Notes under the pieces: generated by a model
What the model was told of the DNA's origin: nothing
The model's database searches: none
What the model saw: the letters and a program-made list of their open reading frames with translations, nothing else
Shown here: one piece after another, positions 10,618 through 18,198 of the stretch
How the letters are laid out: every line of letters begins with the position of its first letter
Numbering within the stretch: the first letter of the stretch is position 1
Position numbers and translations under genes: made by a program
Origin: an uncultured virus (IMG/VR IMGVR_UViG_3300036985_007154)
Taxonomy: Duplodnaviria > Heunggongvirae > Uroviricota > Caudoviricetes
DNA: 20,000 nucleotides
IMG/VR virus record: IMGVR_UViG_3300036985_007154
Direction: 5' to 3' (one strand)

Positions 10618-13601
10618 TGGCTACGACTCAAAGTACTACCAAATTTTTTTACCCACCACGGCCAGGTAGTGGTGCGGCAACCTTCTCTGACAATATTGTA
10701 GGATTACAAACAGTTGAAGGGGGAGGGCTTACGCAAGGTAACTTTGAGTTCACAACTTCGGTTACAGAAAGAGTAACTAGAGACTTTAATATAGGAGCAT
10801 TCTCTGAACCGATAAGTTTGGAGGGGCTAAACATTAATGATGTCGATGAGAGTAGGAGAATAATGGCAACACAGTTCAGGGTTTATCCAAACTATGATGT
10901 GTCCCAAGTTCTAAATTTTTCAATGTATGGGTCTTTGAGTAAAAGATTTCAGGTTTCAATTACTGAAATTATACATAGATTCCCAGCCTCATTAGACGTA
11001 GTTTTCAATAACGAGGATTTTATCACGGCATCGACTGCGACTAATATATCTTACGACTCGGTTTTAAATGAAACATCGTTCCGTATTGATGTTAGTAGAA
11101 TTAATAATCCATTCGATATTGATTATTCTTTGAGTGCAGCAACAAATTTATCTGTAAGGGAAATAACCGTTTCTCCATATAGAAATTTGTATAATACTTA
11201 TTTGGATTATTGTATTTCGATTAATGATAATATATTTAATATTGTTTCTTTTAGACCATCACAAACATTATCAACAGGATTTATTGAATTTATTGTTTCG
11301 GGAACACCATTTGGGACAACGGCAACAACATCTAATGAAGAATTTCAAGTAAGACCAAACGATTTTATAGTTGATAAAATTTTTGCTGAAGATTTTGATG
11401 AAGTACAAAAATTTCTTTTGAACAGACTTATAAGACCTGAATATACTGCAGTATTTCAAGCGCCACAACAAAATGAAGCCGGGCAATTTTACACAAATTA
11501 TCAACAAGTTACATGGCCTAAAGAAGGCCCATGGAATTTAGATATTAGGTCATTTTTGTTTGATAATTATTTGGGTCAACTTGAAGCGATTGCAATTAAT
11601 TTGGACTCATTCAAAACAAATTTAATTTCAAGATTTTTGGTAACTGATTCCTTAAAAGAATTTGATACATTAGGTCAAAAAGTTGAAAAGATATTTCAAA
11701 TTTATGGTAGAAGTTTTGACCAAATCAAACAGTTTATAGATGCCTTGGCATACATGAATTCTGTAAGCTATAATCCGTCAAACGATATCCCATCACAACT
11801 TTTGGTAAACTTGGCACAAACACTTGGATGGAGTTCAAATTTTTCACCAATAACTAATGAGGACTTCTTAAGTTCGGTATTTGGTAATACATCAACACCT
11901 ACATACCCTGGTTATGCGAGAGCGTTGACACCGACGGAATTGAATTACACATTCTATCGGAATTTAATTCTCAACGCGTCTTACTTATTCAAATCAAAGG
12001 GAACAAGACGTTCCGTTGAATTTATGTTAAGGTTGATTGGAGCACCTGATTCATTGATAGAGTTTAATGAACACATTTATTTGGCTGACCAAAAAATAAA
12101 TATGGACCAATTTGGTGTTCAGTGGGCGGCAATTTCAGGAGGAACATATGTTGAGAGTACACCAGGTTTTATTCCTGGATCGACTTATAAAATAAAAGGA
12201 CAGACTTTTAGTGCCTTTACTTCCACGAATACATATCAAGATGTAACAACAAGATTGGATGATTACCCTGTAGATTTGGAAGGATTCCCAAAGGCTCCTG
12301 TTAACACTGAAAGTTATTTCTTTCAGTTAGGTGCTGGATGGTATGAATCAACACCATCACATAGAAGTCCTGACGAGGTTGTTATAACAGGTCAGGTATT
12401 TACAGGTCAAAATTTCAACATACAAACACAATTAGTTCCATTCACATATGGACAACTTTATCTGAATAGGTTCAGAGACTTCCCATACATGACAGAAGGT
12501 TTCAAACTTAGAAAAGTGGTTGATAATAATAAATCTTGGTTAGCGGAGGATGATAAAATAAGAGTTTCAAATACTGCTGATTACAACGCATACTATTTTG
12601 TTGATAACGAAAAGTTGGTGTTGAATGTTAAAAACGTAGATCTTTTCTTAAATCCTGCCCAAGGTTTAGTTTATGATGTTTGGGAACAATCAAGGAGGTA
12701 TGATTATCCGATACCTGAATCAGGACTAACAGTTGGATATCCCGTACCTGGTGGAGTTGATTCAACGTTTATTAAGCCCAATCCAAAGAAGAAAACGTTT
12801 TTTGAATTTTCTCAAACTTTTTGGGAAAACATGATTAATGTGAGGAACCGTCAATATATTACTGATGGTAAAACAGGTGGTTATCCTACCTTACAATCTA
12901 TTTTTTGGAAATACATTGAATCAGAAAGCACTGTTGGATTACCTAATAACAAATATACCTATCAAAAGTTGATTGACTATGTGAATGGTATAGGGCCTTA
13001 TTGGATGAAGTTGGTGGAACAAATGATTCCTGCAACAACAATATGGAATTCAGGTGTTAGAATGGAAAATTCAATATTCCAAAGACAGAAGTTTGTTTAT
13101 CGAAGACAAAGAGGGTGTCAATTTGTACCTGTACCTGTTGACCCATGTTTTATAATATCAAATATTTTTGATTATACATGTACGACAGAATATACGGACT
13201 TTAATATATTTCCTTGGTTAAACGGAGATGTTGATGTTAGCAATTTTAGTAGTATATTATCTAATAGAGTTAATAATATGTTAGCCCAAAGTGGATTGAC
13301 GTTGAATGATTGTATTCAAAACTCAGTTCAAAGTACTTGGTATGTTGATTTAAGAATTGGTGGAGATGTTATAATTAAAGAGTTATTTTATGTTGGATAT
13401 GGTTTAACTGATGTACCAACTAATACAATGTATAGAAACGCGTTGATACAATATCTTCCACAACTATATGATTATGGGTTCACATACTTCTTAAATGGAA
13501 ACTTATTAACAATCACAAGTCTTACTTGTACAGAAAGAAACCTTAATGAGACACTTTCTTTGAACTCTGGAATAAATATAAGTATAAATTGTAACAGTTA
13601 A
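10617..13601 (+). CDS. Baseplate wedge protein, T4 gp7 / P2 gpI-like core with extra domains (994 aa)
   Basis: DIPSQLLVNLAQTLGW (~11784-11830), YRNLILNASYLFKSKGTRRSVEFMLRLIG (KSKGT at 11991-12005) and a later VEQMIPATT match the gpI/gp7-type pattern 'L..LA..lGw...KGT..si..ll...PA'. Confidence 0.7.
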   Translation: MATTQSTTKFFYPPRPGSGAATFSDNIVGLQTVEGGGLTQGNFEFTTSVTERVTRDFNIGAFSEPISLEGLNINDVDESRRIMATQFRVYPNYDVSQVLNFSMYGSLSKRFQVSITEIIHRFPASLDVVFNNEDFITASTATNISYDSVLNETSFRIDVSRINNPFDIDYSLSAATNLSVREITVSPYRNLYNTYLDYCISINDNIFNIVSFRPSQTLSTGFIEFIVSGTPFGTTATTSNEEFQVRPNDFIVDKIFAEDFDEVQKFLLNRLIRPEYTAVFQAPQQNEAGQFYTNYQQVTWPKEGPWNLDIRSFLFDNYLGQLEAIAINLDSFKTNLISRFLVTDSLKEFDTLGQKVEKIFQIYGRSFDQIKQFIDALAYMNSVSYNPSNDIPSQLLVNLAQTLGWSSNFSPITNEDFLSSVFGNTSTPTYPGYARALTPTELNYTFYRNLILNASYLFKSKGTRRSVEFMLRLIGAPDSLIEFNEHIYLADQKINMDQFGVQWAAISGGTYVESTPGFIPGSTYKIKGQTFSAFTSTNTYQDVTTRLDDYPVDLEGFPKAPVNTESYFFQLGAGWYESTPSHRSPDEVVITGQVFTGQNFNIQTQLVPFTYGQLYLNRFRDFPYMTEGFKLRKVVDNNKSWLAEDDKIRVSNTADYNAYYFVDNEKLVLNVKNVDLFLNPAQGLVYDVWEQSRRYDYPIPESGLTVGYPVPGGVDSTFIKPNPKKKTFFEFSQTFWENMINVRNRQYITDGKTGGYPTLQSIFWKYIESESTVGLPNNKYTYQKLIDYVNGIGPYWMKLVEQMIPATTIWNSGVRMENSIFQRQKFVYRRQRGCQFVPVPVDPCFIISNIFDYTCTTEYTDFNIFPWLNGDVDVSNFSSILSNRVNNMLAQSGLTLNDCIQNSVQSTWYVDLRIGGDVIIKELFYVGYGLTDVPTNTMYRNALIQYLPQLYDYGFTYFLNGNLLTITSLTCTERNLNETLSLNSGINISINCNS

Positions 13602-15736
13602 TGGCGGTATTAAATTATAATATAACAGTAACAGGTGATTGCTCCAACAATAATTCGGGAGCTCTTAATCTGTTTGTTAGCGCGGGAACACCTCCATATA
13701 CAGTAGAGTTTATTACTCCATATTATCCATCTCAAACTATAGTAGCACAACCTGCATCTTTGGCGGGGTTAGCAAGTAATGTTTATCAGATTAGAGTTAA
13801 TGATAGTACTTTACCTGTAAACAGCGAGTTTTTAATTAATATCCCAATATCTAGTGGAGTTTGCGGGTCTATAGTTGCAGTACAAAATACAACTTGTGGA
13901 ACCAATAGTGGTTCTGTTACAGGGTCATCGACCTCCTTATATTCATCAACAAATTTTTCTTTGTTCGATGTGAATAACAATTATCTAACCTCAGCAACAA
14001 CTAACACAGATGCGGTTGTTTTTGGTGAATTAAGTGCTGGAACATATTATTTAGGTGTTACTGATTTAGGAGGATGTACTGCATTTACTCCAACATTCAT
14101 CGTCCAAGACTCTGATAGTTTAGATTATGGGTTATACATTGTTCCAAACTCAAGTTGTGGAGGAACTCCAATAGGTAAAATTTTTGTGACAGGTCAAACA
14201 GGACAAGCACCTTACAGTTATTTGTGGAGTAATGGTCAAACAGGAAGTACTATTACAGGATTAACTTCGGGTAACTATTCTGTTGAGGTAACTGATTTTT
14301 ATGGATGTAACTTATCCAAATCAGCAACAATAACTGATGTGAATCCAATTGGGTTTGGATTGTTTACATCTACTGCTCCGACCTGTCTTCAATCCAATGG
14401 GGTAATTAACTTAACCATAACAGGGGGTACTTCACCATTTTATTATTCAGCATCTACGGGTGATGTATTAGTGTCTTATTCAAGAACCTTTTCAATTTCA
14501 GGATTATCTGCGGGCCAGTATAACTTTCAAGTGACAGATGCAGGTTTGTGCCAAATGTTTGCAGGAACAACTCTTGAAACACCAGGAGGAATTACTAGTG
14601 TTTCAGTTCAAGGACAAAATTCGACCTGTTCAAGTAATAACGGTTCAATTACTATAAATGTGGTTGGAGGTACTATACCATATACGTATACTTTAATTAG
14701 TCCAACGGGTAATCAGTTGAATATTAGTAATTCTCAAAGTACACAAATTTTTGCAAATCTAAGTGGAGGTACATACACTGTAGGTGTCACAGACAATAGT
14801 GGATGTTCCTATTTACAAGAGGTAACTTTAGTCGCTCAAAATAAATTTACTATTTCAACTCAAGTTGTGGGGACAAGTTGTAACCAGAATAATGGCTCGG
14901 TGACAATTTTCACAACAAGTGGTGGGACTTTACCATTGGATTATTCTGTTGACGGAATACAAAATGTAATAGATACAAATTTAACTGCGGTTACATTCAA
15001 TAATCTAACGTCAGGTACTCACGTTGTTTCTGTGACTGATGCTGATGGATGTGTTCAAACTACAAATATTCTAGTACCAAGTAGTCAACCATTAAACTAT
15101 TCTTTATATAGTACTTCTTGTGGTAGTGGATCGAGTGGTAAAATTACTGCATTCATAACCTCAGGTGAGCCACCATTTAGTTTTAATTGGTCGGATAATG
15201 TACCAAATGAGCCACAACAAATACAAGTTAGTGGGTTAACAGCAGGAACATATTCTTTAACAGTTGTTGATTCCAACAGTTGTTCATTAACAAGAAACAC
15301 GACAATAAGTTGTAACACAAACTCAACATCATATCAAACTTATGTAATGGGTGCTGAGGTGTTCAACATAGAATCACCAACCAAATTCGGTTTATTACAA
15401 ATGTTGAATGAAGGGTTTTTTGATTTGACATCAGGAAATACAGGTTGTGATTTGATAAGCGCGACCTTTACTGCTAAAGTTTCCGTGGATCCATCAGGAA
15501 TAATTGCAACTGAAAACTTTTTTACATCGACTTCATTAGTTCAAGTACCAACTGATAATGACTATTATGATACAATTCGTACGTTATTATTGGGAATACC
15601 TGGTGTTGGTAATGTTATAATTGACCAACTTAATAACCAAATAACAATTGAAACAAGTAAAGGAGATACATCATGTCAAGGACAAGAAATTGTAATTGAT
15701 TTAATCATAGTTTATGACATAATTTGTTTATCATGA
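13601..15736 (+). CDS. SprB-repeat adhesin-like protein (711 aa)
   Basis: Seven ~75-85 aa units of the form 'C...nG.I.....GGt.PY.Y......f.gLsaG.Y.v.VtD..gC' (e.g. GQTGQAPYSYLWSNGQTGSTITGLTSGNYSVEVTDFYGC). No N-terminal signal peptide visible. Distinct C-terminal domain. Confidence 0.8.
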   Translation: MAVLNYNITVTGDCSNNNSGALNLFVSAGTPPYTVEFITPYYPSQTIVAQPASLAGLASNVYQIRVNDSTLPVNSEFLINIPISSGVCGSIVAVQNTTCGTNSGSVTGSSTSLYSSTNFSLFDVNNNYLTSATTNTDAVVFGELSAGTYYLGVTDLGGCTAFTPTFIVQDSDSLDYGLYIVPNSSCGGTPIGKIFVTGQTGQAPYSYLWSNGQTGSTITGLTSGNYSVEVTDFYGCNLSKSATITDVNPIGFGLFTSTAPTCLQSNGVINLTITGGTSPFYYSASTGDVLVSYSRTFSISGLSAGQYNFQVTDAGLCQMFAGTTLETPGGITSVSVQGQNSTCSSNNGSITINVVGGTIPYTYTLISPTGNQLNISNSQSTQIFANLSGGTYTVGVTDNSGCSYLQEVTLVAQNKFTISTQVVGTSCNQNNGSVTIFTTSGGTLPLDYSVDGIQNVIDTNLTAVTFNNLTSGTHVVSVTDADGCVQTTNILVPSSQPLNYSLYSTSCGSGSSGKITAFITSGEPPFSFNWSDNVPNEPQQIQVSGLTAGTYSLTVVDSNSCSLTRNTTISCNTNSTSYQTYVMGAEVFNIESPTKFGLLQMLNEGFFDLTSGNTGCDLISATFTAKVSVDPSGIIATENFFTSTSLVQVPTDNDYYDTIRTLLLGIPGVGNVIIDQLNNQITIETSKGDTSCQGQEIVIDLIIVYDIICLS

Positions 15737-16095
15737 CACAGGTAAGAATTACAGAAATATCGGGGGGTACATACCCAATTAGTGTTTACATATCAGATGT
15801 ATATGGTAATAATCAAACTTTGCTTGGAACAATTAGTTCTGATCCTGGATTTCCACCAAACGTTGAGTATAATACCGTAATTCCATCAATATTTAACACA
15901 GCACCTGAAATTATGTTGACGTTGGTTGATGGTAACAACTGTGAGATATTCAAAATACTTCAATGTACTTTTGGATGTACATTCCAAATTACTATTGAAT
16001 TAGCATCTTGTATTGTTAATATGGATATTCAAGAATCTAACTGTAATTTCAGTATTTTTAGCACAGATTCTAACTGCTCTATTGTTTTAATTTAA
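15733..16095 (+). CDS. Small Cys-rich hypothetical protein (120 aa)
   Basis: The ATG at 15733 forms an ATGA overlap with the upstream TGA, and is preferred over the TTG at 15724. The C-terminus has Cys every 11 residues. Confidence 0.6.
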   Translation: MTQVRITEISGGTYPISVYISDVYGNNQTLLGTISSDPGFPPNVEYNTVIPSIFNTAPEIMLTLVDGNNCEIFKILQCTFGCTFQITIELASCIVNMDIQESNCNFSIFSTDSNCSIVLI

Positions 16096-16149
16096 TTAAA
16101 AAAATATTCCTTCATTATTTTTAACAATAAGATAAATGAAATAGAATAG

Positions 16150-16170
16150 TTGTGGTATTTATTTAATAAA
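16150..16170 (+). promoter_or_regulatory. Conserved upstream element, candidate phage late promoter (copy 3, more diverged)
   Basis: TTGTGGTATTTATTTAATAAA; TATTTAT begins 23 nt before the ATG at 16179, and TAAA is in the same register as in copies 1 and 2. Confidence 0.5.
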
Positions 16171-16178
16171 AACTTTGA

Positions 16179-18182
16179 ATGTCGACATATTCTATTTTAG
16201 TCACTAATAATGCTCCTGGATGTAATACAGAGATTGAACAACAACTTTCAGTCACTGGTTGTACTTCATATATCGTTAGGCTTGCTTCTAACTCAAATGC
16301 TTTAGGACCATTCAACATTTATGTTGATGACGTAATATATTATTCTGCTGCAACCAGAAACGATATGTTCAATGGAATTGTGGTTGTATTAGAATGTGTG
16401 ACACCTTCACCAACACCTTCACCAACAACCACTCCAACTCAAACTCCAACAGACCCATTAACAGGTGCAACACCAACAACAACTTCAACACCTACAAATA
16501 CACCAACTAATACATCAACTCCAACAAATACTCAAACAAATACTCAAACTTCAACTGCGACACCAACGCCTACACCAACATTACCTCCAACTACGCCAAC
16601 AAGTACGCCAACACCATCTGTAACTGAAACCTCAACACAAACTCCAACTCCAACAAATACTCCAAGTGAGACACCAACTAACACACCAACTAATACAATA
16701 ACTCAAACTCCAAGCGAGACTGCAACAAATACACCAACACCAACACAGACTCCAAGTGAGACTCCTACAAACACGCCAACTAATACCGAAACATCTACGC
16801 CAACTCCAACTAATACTGAGACAGTTACTCCAACTAACACTGCAAGTGTAACACCAACTAATACCGAGACTCCGACAAATACACCGTCAGAGACTCCAAC
16901 AAATACGCCTACAAATACTGAGACTTCGACACCAACACCAACAAATACCGCAAGTGTAACGCCAACTAATACTGCAAGTGTAACACCAACTAATACCGAG
17001 ACTCCGACAAATACACCGTCAGAGACTCCAACAAATACGCCTACAAATACTGAGACTTCGACACCAACACCAACAAATACCGCAAGTGTTACTCCAACTA
17101 ACACTGCGACAGTAACTCCAACTAATACAGAGACTCCGACAAATACACCGTCAGAGACTCCTACAAACACGCCAACTAATACCGAAACATCTACACCAAC
17201 TCCAACTAACACTGAGACAGTAACACCAACTAACACTGCAAGTGTAACACCAACTAATACTGAAACTCCAACACAGACTCCAAGTGAGACTCCAACAAAT
17301 ACGCCTACAAATACTGAGACTTCGACACCTACAGAAACTCCAACACAAACACCAACACCTTCTATAACTGCGTCTCAAACTGCAACACCAACTGAAACTC
17401 CAACAAACACACCAAGTGATACTCCAACAAGTACTCCGACTGAAACACCTACACAAACACCAACAGTTACACCAAGTGATACTCCAACACAGACGCCAAC
17501 TGAAACTGCAACACAAACACCAACAGTAACAACAACTGATACTCCAACACAAACACCAACAGTAACTGCAACACAAACTGCAACACCAACTAATACACCT
17601 TCACCTACACCAACTAGTCAACCATTATTTGCTTATTTAACTATTGAACCACAAGGACAAACGTTAAATTTCAATGGATGGATGTCATCTCAAGGTTCTG
17701 CGTTCCGTGGATTCTTTATCAATGGTGCAACAACAGCAAACGCGGTTACATTTAGTCAACAGATTAACTCATACTTGAACTACTCAGGATGGGGAGGAAA
17801 CTCACCTGCAATTATTACAGGTATAATTTCTCCGACATCAGTAGGAACCGATGCTTACGGAAATCCAATCAATGCGTACTTGTTTCAAACTACACAAGTA
17901 TCAGGAGGTACAACACCAACAAACGCTTGGTATACTTGGTATGTTTCAACAGGAGCGACAAACGGTCAGATTATGACTCAAATCGGAACTAATACCGCAA
18001 ATAATCCAAATGCATTAACCGCTAGAAATTTGAATTCAGCATATTACAATCTAACTGTTAGTTATACAGGAGGAACAATCCCTCAAGGAACATATCGTGT
18101 TTATACGACATATTCTGGCACAGATTTTAGAATAAACGCCTCAGCAAATAATGTTTACTTCAAAGGTAACACCTTAATATAA
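16179..18182 (+). CDS. Thr/Pro-rich (mucin-like) stalk protein, putative fibre/adhesin (667 aa)
   Basis: ~74-aa Cys-containing N-domain, ~405-aa T-X alternating stalk, and ~187-aa aromatic/Asn/Gly-rich C-terminal domain. Confidence 0.75.
   Translation: MSTYSILVTNNAPGCNTEIEQQLSVTGCTSYIVRLASNSNALGPFNIYVDDVIYYSAATRNDMFNGIVVVLECVTPSPTPSPTTTPTQTPTDPLTGATPTTTSTPTNTPTNTSTPTNTQTNTQTSTATPTPTPTLPPTTPTSTPTPSVTETSTQTPTPTNTPSETPTNTPTNTITQTPSETATNTPTPTQTPSETPTNTPTNTETSTPTPTNTETVTPTNTASVTPTNTETPTNTPSETPTNTPTNTETSTPTPTNTASVTPTNTASVTPTNTETPTNTPSETPTNTPTNTETSTPTPTNTASVTPTNTATVTPTNTETPTNTPSETPTNTPTNTETSTPTPTNTETVTPTNTASVTPTNTETPTQTPSETPTNTPTNTETSTPTETPTQTPTPSITASQTATPTETPTNTPSDTPTSTPTETPTQTPTVTPSDTPTQTPTETATQTPTVTTTDTPTQTPTVTATQTATPTNTPSPTPTSQPLFAYLTIEPQGQTLNFNGWMSSQGSAFRGFFINGATTANAVTFSQQINSYLNYSGWGGNSPAIITGIISPTSVGTDAYGNPINAYLFQTTQVSGGTTPTNAWYTWYVSTGATNGQIMTQIGTNTANNPNALTARNLNSAYYNLTVSYTGGTIPQGTYRVYTTYSGTDFRINASANNVYFKGNTLI
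16401..17618 (+). repeat. Coding low-complexity Thr-X repeat with a 132-bp (44-aa) higher-order tandem unit
   Basis: The unit [23 protein letters not shown](E/A)(T/S)VTPTNTA(S/T)[10 protein letters not shown](N/Q) starts at 16749, 16881, 17013, 17145 and partially at 17277. 16839-16957 and 16971-17089 are identical over 119 bp. Confidence 0.9.
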
Positions 18183-18198
18183 AAATAATAAAAAGACT

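Noticed and set aside
16110..16141. Possible hairpin TTCATT...AATGAA in the intergenic gap
   Set aside because: An almost entirely A/T stem with bulges and no following U-tract; not supportable as a terminator.
16703..17576. Minus-strand ORFs 16703..17236 (VGV-rich) and 17151..17576 (Cys/Trp-rich)
   Set aside because: Antisense shadows of the Thr/Pro repeat, with no independent evidence.
17619..18182. Diversity-generating retroelement target at the fibre C-terminus
   Set aside because: No template/variable repeat pair differing at adenines and no reverse transcriptase is visible in the window.
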